Shown in pieces: positions 21,376-29,646 of a stretch of DNA of 64,000 nt (within the stretch, counting starts at the first letter, position 1; each line of letters begins with the position of its first letter). The translations under genes and the position numbers were made by a program. Origin of the DNA: Sedimentisphaerales bacterium (GTDB lineage Bacteria > Planctomycetota > Phycisphaerae > Sedimentisphaerales > Anaerobacaceae); assembly GCA_963708075.1 (NCBI GenBank), contig OY970194.1:288001-352000 (forward strand), written 5' to 3'. The notes beneath the pieces were generated by a model. That model ran no database searches and had not been told where the DNA came from. It saw only the letters and a list, made by a program, of their open reading frames with translations.

Positions 21376-23198
21376 TGAATATGAGCATGCCAATTCCATG
21401 GCGGAGAGTGTATCAGCCGGGGTGGCTCACGGGACCCATCTTCGACAAGGAGCTGCGGGTCTCCAGCCGACGGCGGCGAAACTACGCCCTGCGGTTCTTC
21501 TACATCCTGCTGCTGACGGCGTTCATCGGCATGGTGTGGCTGGCCGTCGTGCCCATCTCCGGCAATGCGGTGTACGCCCAGTCCAACATGGCGGTCGCGG
21601 GCAGGCAGATCGTTATGACCATCGTGTTGTTTCAATTCATCGCGATGCAGCTTCTGGCGATCATCATGCTGAGCACCGCCATCAGCGATGAAGTATATCA
21701 CCGCACGCTCGGACTGTTGATGACCACGCCGATCAGCGGCCTTCAGATCGTCATGGGCAAGCTTCTGAGCAAGCTGCTGCAATTGGTCCTGCTGCTCGGC
21801 ATCAGCTTGCCGGTCCTGGCGATCGTGCGGGTCCTCGGCGGGGTTTCCTGGGACTACCTGCTGTCGAGTCTGTGTGTGACGTTGACCGCCGCGATCTTCG
21901 CGGGCTCAGTGAGCCTGCTGTTCTCGGTCAGGAACCGGTTCGCGTACGGTGTGATCATTCGGACCATGTTCACGCTGGCCTGTCTTTACATCATCCTGCT
22001 GCCTTCGCTGCTCGGGCTGGCCCGCTCTTTCCTGCTGGGGAACCTCCGCATCCCCAGCCGGATACCGCAGACACCGCTCATCACCTCGCTGACCAGCATC
22101 AACCCCATCTCAAGCATGTTCGAACTCACCCGGCAGATGTTCTCTCCTGCTGGCCCGTCGCTGTTTTCTCTCCCGTTGCACTGTGGCCTGATGCTCGGCG
22201 CGTCCGCCCTTGTCCTGACTTGGGCGGTGGCTCGCGTCCGCCATGTCGCTCTACGGCAGGCCACCGGGCAACTGCTGGAATGGGAACCGGGACGCAGGAA
22301 ACGCGGCGCGAACACGGCACCGGTCTTCAGAGATTCCGTCCGGCGGGTCCAGGGGCCGCCCGTGGTTTGGCGGGAGTTGCGAGCGCCGTTCATCCGGGGC
22401 GTCGATAGCAGGAACAGCCGCATCGGTCTGGCCGCGACCATCCTGGCCTTGCTGCTGACCTATATGTCGTCTCTGTCCGGGGGATATCTCGACGACGATT
22501 TCACCCATGTCTCGTATGCCATGCTCTTCGTCTTTCTGGGGGTGGCCTTCAATGTGGTCTTTTCCGCGACGCGGATCACGACGGAGAAAGAATCGCAGAG
22601 CTGGCCGATACTGCTGGTGTCGTCGCTGAGCGACTATGACATTCTCATGGGCAAGGCCGTCAGTGCGTTCCGGCGGTGCCTGCCGATTTGGGGGTTGCTG
22701 GCTGGGCATGTCGTGCTGTTCGTGCTGATCGGATACATTCATCCGGCGGCCATCATTCACCTGCTGATCGTGGTGGCTTGGGTGACCTGCTTCATCACGG
22801 GGGCGGGACTCTACTTCAGCGCCCGTTTTCGCCATACGACCGCGGCCGTGGTCGCGACTTTCTCGCTGATGCTTGGATTGTGGGCGGTCGGGCCGATCGT
22901 GGCGGGAATGCTGGGCATGGCCACCGAACGCGAGAGCATACTTGTAGACTCCATGTTGGTCAATCCGATGGTGCAGGCCGAGTTGGTCATGGCCGGTGCG
23001 GCGGGTAATCGCAGCGCCGGCCTGCCGTTCTCCTCGCTCGAATACGGTGCGGAGCGAGTGATCTTCGACCTGACTCGTGGAATGTGGGGCTTCGGCCGGA
23101 TGACGGCCATCCTGTTGATCACAGCCGGTCTCTACATGCTTGTCGGTCTGCTGTTCTTCTGGCGGGCCAAACGCCGGCTGCGGCAAAATGTCTTTTGA
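21375..23198 (+). CDS. ABC-2 type permease with a duplicated domain (copy 3)
   Basis: TGATG overlap start; GPIFDKELRVSSRRRRNY; ISDEVYHRTLGLLMTTP; PPVVWRE; EKESQSWPILL. Confidence 0.85.
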   Translation: MNMSMPIPWRRVYQPGWLTGPIFDKELRVSSRRRRNYALRFFYILLLTAFIGMVWLAVVPISGNAVYAQSNMAVAGRQIVMTIVLFQFIAMQLLAIIMLSTAISDEVYHRTLGLLMTTPISGLQIVMGKLLSKLLQLVLLLGISLPVLAIVRVLGGVSWDYLLSSLCVTLTAAIFAGSVSLLFSVRNRFAYGVIIRTMFTLACLYIILLPSLLGLARSFLLGNLRIPSRIPQTPLITSLTSINPISSMFELTRQMFSPAGPSLFSLPLHCGLMLGASALVLTWAVARVRHVALRQATGQLLEWEPGRRKRGANTAPVFRDSVRRVQGPPVVWRELRAPFIRGVDSRNSRIGLAATILALLLTYMSSLSGGYLDDDFTHVSYAMLFVFLGVAFNVVFSATRITTEKESQSWPILLVSSLSDYDILMGKAVSAFRRCLPIWGLLAGHVVLFVLIGYIHPAAIIHLLIVVAWVTCFITGAGLYFSARFRHTTAAVVATFSLMLGLWAVGPIVAGMLGMATERESILVDSMLVNPMVQAELVMAGAAGNRSAGLPFSSLEYGAERVIFDLTRGMWGFGRMTAILLITAGLYMLVGLLFFWRAKRRLRQNVF

Positions 23199-23265
23199 TG
23201 CCTTCGGGCTGTTCGGGTATGCTATGCTGCGTGAAATGTGACGCGTGTGGAGATGGTCAGAGCGT

Positions 23266-25059
23266 ATGGTGAATCAGGCTGAGGCGATTTCAGGGGCAGC
23301 GGCAAGCCGGGCACGGAATTCGCTGCTCCAATGCCTGGTACGGATCGTCGGCTTCTCATGGCTGACGGGACCGATCTTCGATAAGGAGCTTCGGGTCTCC
23401 AGCCGGCGCCGACGCAACTACGTGCTGCGCTTCCTGTACGTGACCTTCTTCATGGCGGTGCTGTCTCTGTTCTGGCGGGAAGCCGTGGCGCATCGCACCA
23501 CGTCGCTGTACCAGATCTCCCGCATGGCCGAGGCGGGGCGGAATATCATCATGTTCGTCGTATGGTTCCAGTTCCTCGCATCGCAGGCCGTCGCAGTCGT
23601 CATGCTGAGTGCGTCGATCAGCGATGAGATCTACAAGCGGACGCTCGGGGTGCTCATGACGACGCCCATCGGAAGTCTCCAGATCATCCTGGGCAAGCTG
23701 CTGAGCAAGCTGTTGCAAACGGTCCTGCTGCTGGCGATCACGCTGCCGCTGCTGGTGATCGTTCGTGTGTTCGGCGGCGTGCCGTGGGATTTCCTGGTCG
23801 CCAGCTCATGCGTGACGATGACGACCGTCCTGTTCGTCGGCTCTCTGAGCCTGTTCTTCTCCATCTTTACCCGCCGTGCGTACGTAGTGATTATCATGAC
23901 AGCCTTGACGCTGGGGATAGTCTTTGCCCTGTTTCCATTCATCGTGGCGTTCCTGATGCATGACGTCATCGCCCCAGGGGCGTTCTTCGATCTGCTGACC
24001 TACGTGAATCCGTACGTGCTGATGGCAAAGGCGACCACTGCGCTGCAATCGGCGCGATCGATGCGATTTGTAAACTGGCCGATCCACTGTGCGATCATGT
24101 CGGGGGCCTCGGTGTTTCTGCTGCTGCTCTCGATGATTCTTGTCCGCAAGGCCGCTCTGCGGCAGGCGGCGGGGCAGAGCGGACTCTGGTCGCCCCGAGG
24201 CAGGTCGCTGGAGGACTCCGCCCGAGCCGGACGCATTCGCCGTGTGGTGGGTTCGCCCGTGCTCTGGAAAGAGCGGAGGGTGCCTCTTCTGGGCAGACGC
24301 AAACTGGGCATGATCGTCGCTTTGCTTGGGGCTCTCGGCCTGCTCGGCACGACGTATATTCTCTGCGCGAAGCAGGGCATGCTGACGGATGCCGAAGTCC
24401 AGGCCAGCTACATCGTCATTTTCCTCCTCCTCGGCACGCTGTTCACCACAGTTCTGCCGGCCACATGCATCACATCGGAGAAGGAGTCGCAGACGTGGCT
24501 GCTCCTGCTGACTACGGCGATCAGTGACTGGGAGATCGTCTGGGGCAAGTTCCTGGGCGTTGTGCGCCGGTGTCTGCCGGCATGGCTGTTCCTGCTCGGC
24601 CACGTGATGCTGTTTGCGCTGGCGGGAATCATCCATCCCATAGGGGCAGTTCAACTGGGGATTCTCGTGGCCTGGGTTGTGTTCTTCCTGTCGGGCACCG
24701 GCTTGTACTTCAGCTCGCGTTTTCGCCACACGACCACGGCTGTGATCGCCAATGTGGCCCTGGCGGCGGGCCTGTGGGCATTCGTTCCTTTGGTGCTGGG
24801 CATCGGGCTGTCGATCGCCGCAGTCGGCGAAGACATGCTGGGGGTGTACCTGGACATGAACCCGGTCGTCCATGCCGTGGTTATTACGGACGCAACGTCC
24901 AGGAGCGGGGGAGTGGCCTCGTACAATTGGATTCAGGGCGGCATCTCCGACGTGGGCGAGGCCACCGGCTGGATCCTGCTTAACTTCGTTCTCTACGTGG
25001 TGGTCGGCCTGGCATTCATCGCGCGTGCGGGGGCACGCGTCCGGCGCAATCCTCTTTGA
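23266..25059 (+). CDS. ABC-2 type permease with a duplicated domain (copy 4)
   Basis: GPIFDKELRVSSRRRRNY; ISDEIYKRTLGVLMTTP; SPVLWKE; EKESQTWLLLLTT. Confidence 0.85.
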   Translation: MVNQAEAISGAAASRARNSLLQCLVRIVGFSWLTGPIFDKELRVSSRRRRNYVLRFLYVTFFMAVLSLFWREAVAHRTTSLYQISRMAEAGRNIIMFVVWFQFLASQAVAVVMLSASISDEIYKRTLGVLMTTPIGSLQIILGKLLSKLLQTVLLLAITLPLLVIVRVFGGVPWDFLVASSCVTMTTVLFVGSLSLFFSIFTRRAYVVIIMTALTLGIVFALFPFIVAFLMHDVIAPGAFFDLLTYVNPYVLMAKATTALQSARSMRFVNWPIHCAIMSGASVFLLLLSMILVRKAALRQAAGQSGLWSPRGRSLEDSARAGRIRRVVGSPVLWKERRVPLLGRRKLGMIVALLGALGLLGTTYILCAKQGMLTDAEVQASYIVIFLLLGTLFTTVLPATCITSEKESQTWLLLLTTAISDWEIVWGKFLGVVRRCLPAWLFLLGHVMLFALAGIIHPIGAVQLGILVAWVVFFLSGTGLYFSSRFRHTTTAVIANVALAAGLWAFVPLVLGIGLSIAAVGEDMLGVYLDMNPVVHAVVITDATSRSGGVASYNWIQGGISDVGEATGWILLNFVLYVVVGLAFIARAGARVRRNPL

Positions 25060-25321
25060 CGTATGAGTGGAGTTCTGCAAAATGGAAGTTGGGCTTATTA
25101 TTCAAGGAAATCGGCTTTTGGATTTCCTTGAATCGACAAGCCATTTATGCGTGTTACACACCCCGCGCCGGTCTGTCTTGCTGCGTGTAGCAAGCCGATT
25201 TCCCTTGCTTCGCAGAGTGCGTATTATGCACCATTGGCGTCTGTTATCGGAGAAGGAAAAATGAAAGTCGCATTTTTCCTTCTCCAAGTAAGCCCAACTT
25301 CCATTTTGCAAAACTCCACCT

Positions 25322-26431
25322 ATGGCATCTATCTCACTGGGAAATGTCACCAAGGTCTTTGACCATAGCGTCGCGGCCGTCTCCAATCTGAACCTGGAGG
25401 TCCGGGACGGCGAACTCATGGTGCTCGCCGGGCCGAGCGGCTGCGGCAAGACGACAACTCTGTCATTGATCGCAGGGCTGGAAAGCCCGACATCGGGCGA
25501 GATCCGAATCGCCGACCGGGTTGTCACTATGCTGTCCCCGAGGCAGCGTGATGTGGCGATGGTCTTCCAGGATGGCGCCCTGTATCCTCACATGAGCGTC
25601 TATGACAATCTGGCCTTTGCCTTGCGGATGCGCGGGCTCGCCGCACCGGAGGTGGAACGCCGCGTCAAGACAGCGGCCGAGATGCTCGGCATCACCGGCT
25701 TGATGAATCGCAGACCTGCGGCCCTGTCCGGCGGGCAGCGGCAACGCGTGGCCCTGGGCCGGGCGATCGTGCGCGAGCCGGCCGCCTTCCTCCTCGATGA
25801 GCCGCTGACCGGCCTGGATGCCGGCCTTCGCCTCGCGATGCGCCGTGAGATCAAGAGTCTTCAGCAGAGGCTTCGGATCACCACCGTCTACGTGACGCAT
25901 GACCAGTCCGAGGCGATGGCGCTCGGCGAGCGGATGTGCGTGCTGCGGGATGGGCGGGTGCAGCAGGTGGGCCCGCCGGATGAGATCTATGCCCGGCCGG
26001 CAAACCGCTTTGTCGCCGGCTTTTTCGGCACACCCGCGATGAACTTCCTCGCCGGCCGCCTCCAATCACGAGACGGGGCGCCGGTCGTCGATCTCCAAGG
26101 CCAGGCACTCTATGTACGCTCCCACCTGACCGCATGCCTCCGGGACTACCGAAAGGAGACCATCGTCGCCGGTGTGCGACCTCATGATCTGTCCCTTGAG
26201 CCATTCGCCGGCCGCGTGACTGACACGCTCCACGGCAAAGTAGCCCAGATCGAGCCGCTGGGCGCGCAGACGAACGTGCATGTGGACCTCGCCTGCGGCC
26301 AATCATGCGTTGTCGCTGCATCACCTCGGACCGGAGTGATTGTGGGCGATGACGTTCAGGTGTACGTCCACCGGGATGAGGTGCAGTTGTTCGAGGACGA
26401 TGAAACCGGCAGAAACATCATGTGCCGCTGA
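25322..26431 (+). CDS. ABC importer ATP-binding protein, MalK/UgpC-like with C-terminal TOBE domain
   Basis: GPSGCGKTT, VFQDGALYPHMSV, LSGGQRQRVALGRA, LLDEP, YVTHDQ. Confidence 0.92.
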   Translation: MASISLGNVTKVFDHSVAAVSNLNLEVRDGELMVLAGPSGCGKTTTLSLIAGLESPTSGEIRIADRVVTMLSPRQRDVAMVFQDGALYPHMSVYDNLAFALRMRGLAAPEVERRVKTAAEMLGITGLMNRRPAALSGGQRQRVALGRAIVREPAAFLLDEPLTGLDAGLRLAMRREIKSLQQRLRITTVYVTHDQSEAMALGERMCVLRDGRVQQVGPPDEIYARPANRFVAGFFGTPAMNFLAGRLQSRDGAPVVDLQGQALYVRSHLTACLRDYRKETIVAGVRPHDLSLEPFAGRVTDTLHGKVAQIEPLGAQTNVHVDLACGQSCVVAASPRTGVIVGDDVQVYVHRDEVQLFEDDETGRNIMCR

Positions 26432-26507
26432 ATGTTGAATTCAGGGACGTGATCGGCTACCTTGTTCTGCAAAACCGATGGTTTCAACAGATATGGAGGT
26501 ACCAACC

Positions 26508-28658
26508 ATGATGCCCCAGGGCGAAAAGATGAGTCTTGTGCGAATTTCTGTCCTGCCGTGTTTGCTTATGCTGCTGGCGGCAAACGGGCGGGCCGCTGTG
26601 ACAGGCGTCGAGAGTGATTCTCTTCGTGTGCAGGTCAAACCTGAGACTGGCCAGTGGACGCTGCTGGATAAACGTTCCAACGTGCAGTGGCCGTCTGACG
26701 GCGTGGCAAGTCCCGGCGGGGCGGTTTCCTTCTCGCTCCTGGATGGAGGGCGGGCCGTGGAGGTGCGGTATGAGAACGCCGGCGATGAGACGCTCCACGT
26801 TCTCGCCGATGTCCTGGCGATCACGGATGCAGAGGACGGATACGTGATTGTCCCCAGCCGCGAGGGGCTTCTGATCCCGGTCAAGAACGATAAGGCGTTC
26901 AGTCGCGAGTTCGGGGCATCCGAGTACGAAGGCTGCCATATGAACATGCTCGGATTCGTCAAAGCGGGCTCCGCCCTGATCGCCACATGGGATGACTCAT
27001 ACACATTTCCCAATATCGAGAGAACTGTATCGGCAGACCGGCACAAACTGACGACCACCTTTGCACTTCGCCGTAGTGCAAGGCTTGTTCGACTGATGCC
27101 GCTGGGCAAGGGCGATTGGAACACCATCGCCTCGGAGTATCGGCGCTATGCGGAAGGGCGGGGGCTTGCCGTGACCCTGCGCGACAAGATCAAACGCGAT
27201 CCGCACGTGGAACGCATGGTCGGGGCATCGAACGCCAAGCTCTGGACGTGCCTGGACCGTCGGATGAACGAGGAGAGTACGGCCGAGGAGTCGGTGAAGG
27301 TCCATTGGACATTCGATGAGGCCGCCCGGATCGCCGAGCACCTGCGCAAGGACCTGGCGATCGAGCGATGCTTCTTCATGATGGGCGGCTGGACGGAAGG
27401 GGGGTACGACGTCCGCCATCCCGATAACCTGCCGGCCAATCCCGAGTGCGGCGGCAACGAGGCCCTCGCCGACGCGGTGAAACGAATCCAGGCGTTGAAC
27501 TACGTGGGCTGCCTGCACGACAACGTCCAGGACATGTACCGCGACGCCAAGAGTTGGAACCCGGATTTCATCGAGAAAAAGGCGGACGGCTCCCTGATCG
27601 CAGGTGGCCGGTGGCTCGGCGGTCGGGCGTATATGGTCTGCGCTCCGAAGCAGTTGGAGCTGGCCCAGCGGACTCAGAACCTGTCCGCTATTCACGACCT
27701 GTTCTCGCCCTGGGCGTACTTCATCGACACCACGTACGCCGTGCCCCCGCGCGAATGTCACGATCCCAAGCATCCGATCGGCCGCAACGATGACATCGCG
27801 TGGAAGACTCGCCTGAGCGATTACGGCCGGAACCTGTTCGGCATCTTCGGCAGCGAGTGCGGCCGGGAGTGGGCGCTGCCGCACAGTGATTTCTTCGAGG
27901 GCCTCGTCGGCGTCAGCGGCCACTACTATCATCAACTCAAGCCCGAGGAACTCGGGGCCCAGGTCATCCCATTCTTCGAGATGGTCTACCACGATTGCCA
28001 AGTGTGCTATGGCAAGTACGGCTATCGTGCCGAGGAAGCGGCGGAGTACGTCGCTCATCACGTCCTCTGTGCCCGGCCACTGCATTACCATTCCTTCCCC
28101 GATCATCTCTACTGGCAATCGATGCCCGAGAGGAAGGCCGATCCATCGGCGGATCGCGCGTGCTACACCCGTAGCGACAACGGCTGGGCCGAGGGTCTGC
28201 ACCCATACGATGTCTTCATCAAGAACACACACGAAGTCTTGGGTGCAATTAACGAGGTCACGGGCTATAGCCGTCTGACGGAATTTCGCTACCTCAACGA
28301 CAACACCGCCGTGCGCCAGGCTGTCTACGGCACAGGCGACGAATCGGTGAAAGTCACCGTCAATTTCGGTCAGGAACCTGCCGAGGTCACCTCGCAGACC
28401 GGTGGTCGCACCGTGCTGCCTCCCTGGGGCTTCCTCGCCGAAGGCCCTCGCCTGGTCGCCTTCTACGCTACTCACTGGAACGGCCAGGACTACCCCGACG
28501 GCGCCCTGTTCACCCTGCGCCCAATCGACGCCAAGACGAACCTGAAGCAAGCCGAATCCGTCCGCATCTTCCACGCCTTCGGCCCGGCAACCCTCGCATG
28601 GCAGGGCAAGTCCTACGAGATCAAACGCGAGGAAGTGATCAAACCGACCGTTCAATGA
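26508..28658 (+). CDS. Secreted putative glycoside hydrolase (DUF5696 / GH101-GH129-like TIM barrel); start uncertain
   Basis: Signal peptide; GGWTEGGYDVRHPD, LHDNVQDMY, FIDTT, GSECG, IPFFEMVYHD. Confidence 0.55.
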   Translation: MMPQGEKMSLVRISVLPCLLMLLAANGRAAVTGVESDSLRVQVKPETGQWTLLDKRSNVQWPSDGVASPGGAVSFSLLDGGRAVEVRYENAGDETLHVLADVLAITDAEDGYVIVPSREGLLIPVKNDKAFSREFGASEYEGCHMNMLGFVKAGSALIATWDDSYTFPNIERTVSADRHKLTTTFALRRSARLVRLMPLGKGDWNTIASEYRRYAEGRGLAVTLRDKIKRDPHVERMVGASNAKLWTCLDRRMNEESTAEESVKVHWTFDEAARIAEHLRKDLAIERCFFMMGGWTEGGYDVRHPDNLPANPECGGNEALADAVKRIQALNYVGCLHDNVQDMYRDAKSWNPDFIEKKADGSLIAGGRWLGGRAYMVCAPKQLELAQRTQNLSAIHDLFSPWAYFIDTTYAVPPRECHDPKHPIGRNDDIAWKTRLSDYGRNLFGIFGSECGREWALPHSDFFEGLVGVSGHYYHQLKPEELGAQVIPFFEMVYHDCQVCYGKYGYRAEEAAEYVAHHVLCARPLHYHSFPDHLYWQSMPERKADPSADRACYTRSDNGWAEGLHPYDVFIKNTHEVLGAINEVTGYSRLTEFRYLNDNTAVRQAVYGTGDESVKVTVNFGQEPAEVTSQTGGRTVLPPWGFLAEGPRLVAFYATHWNGQDYPDGALFTLRPIDAKTNLKQAESVRIFHAFGPATLAWQGKSYEIKREEVIKPTVQ

Positions 28659-28759
28659 CCGAAAGCCCGCACACGTAGCCCGGAAGGTAGTACGATATGG
28701 TGTGCAGGCCGCATGATCGTGCCTGGCCTGCAACGTACTAACGTGCGTGGGGATGGCGA

Positions 28760-29335
28760 ATGAGCAAGGGGCGGATGGAAGCGTTCAGCGACGGCGTGAT
28801 TGCCATCCTCATCACTATCATGGTACTGGGATTGACGGTGCCGCATGAAGCCGGCGTGGCTGCACTGCGTTCGCTGATCCCGGTCTTTCTGAGCTACGTG
28901 CTCAGCTTCGTCTTCCTTGGCATCTACTGGAACAACCACCATCACCTGCTTCATGCGATTCAGCACGTGGATGGCCGGGTTCTCTGGGCGAACCTGCATC
29001 TGCTGTTCTGGTTATCGCTGATCCCTTTTGTCACCGGTTGGATGGGGGAGAATCGATTTGCCCCGTGGCCGGTCGCGTTCTACGGCGTGGTGCTGCTCCT
29101 GGCGGCGGTCGCGTACTTCATCCTCACCCGGGCCCTCATCGCCCTTCACGGCCGGGACTCTATTCTCGCCACGGCCGTCGGCCGGGACTTCAAGGGCAAG
29201 GTCTCGATGGCGCTCTATCTCGCCGCCATTCCCCTGGCCTTCGTGGACTCCTGGCTTTCCTGCGCCCTGTATGTCCTCGTAGCCGTCATGTGGCTCATCC
29301 CCGACCCCCGCATCGAGAGAACTCTGTATGAGTGA
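28760..29335 (+). CDS. TMEM175 family (DUF1211) potassium channel
   Basis: GRMEAFSDGVIAILITIMVL signature; YWNNHHH; LIPF.TGW. Confidence 0.92.
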   Translation: MSKGRMEAFSDGVIAILITIMVLGLTVPHEAGVAALRSLIPVFLSYVLSFVFLGIYWNNHHHLLHAIQHVDGRVLWANLHLLFWLSLIPFVTGWMGENRFAPWPVAFYGVVLLLAAVAYFILTRALIALHGRDSILATAVGRDFKGKVSMALYLAAIPLAFVDSWLSCALYVLVAVMWLIPDPRIERTLYE

Positions 29336-29400
29336 TGCGAGCGATGACTCCAGACGGTTTACTGGGGGAACTGGGCTGCGGATTTATGACGGACCGTGAA

Positions 29401-29472
29401 AGCGGCTGATGGGATTCGAACCCACAACGTCCACCTTGGGAAGGTGGCACTCTACCGTTGAGTTACAGCCGC
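29401..29472 (-). tRNA. tRNA-Gly (anticodon CCC); CCA not encoded
   Basis: Minus strand GCGGCTGTAACTCAACGGTAGAGTGCCACCTTCCCAAGGTGGACGTTGTGGGTTCGAATCCCATCAGCCGCT folds into a cloverleaf with a GTTCGAATC T-loop. Confidence 0.97.
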
Positions 29473-29500
29473 ATATTGCCGTGTTCAGTGTTCAGGAGTG

Positions 29501-29529
29501 ATTCTATGCGCCCCCTGGCAGCCTGTCAA
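29501..29529 (-). promoter_or_regulatory. Sigma70-like promoter for tRNA-Gly
   Basis: Minus strand TTGACA-17 nt-TAGAAT. Confidence 0.7.
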
Positions 29530-29552
29530 CTGGAAAACCAGAGGACCGGGCT

Positions 29553-29580
29553 TTGAAATTCATGTTTCGACGGGTATAAT
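29553..29580 (+). promoter_or_regulatory. Sigma70-like promoter for the GH5 gene
   Basis: TTGAAA-16 nt-TATAAT upstream of the GAGGAG RBS. Confidence 0.55.
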
Positions 29581-29646
29581 GGCGGTGTAGGAACGTGGGT
29601 GGGAAAGGCTCTCACCCCAATGGGGCTCGTTGAGGAGGAGAAACGC

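Noticed and set aside
28666..28751. c-di-AMP (ydaO) riboswitch before the K+ channel
   Set aside because: The conserved ydaO motifs are not recognisable and the region is too short
29401..29472. tRNA-Gly as an integration site or island boundary
   Set aside because: No integrase, and no duplicated tRNA 3' end seen; only a short AGCGGCTGAT match inside tex
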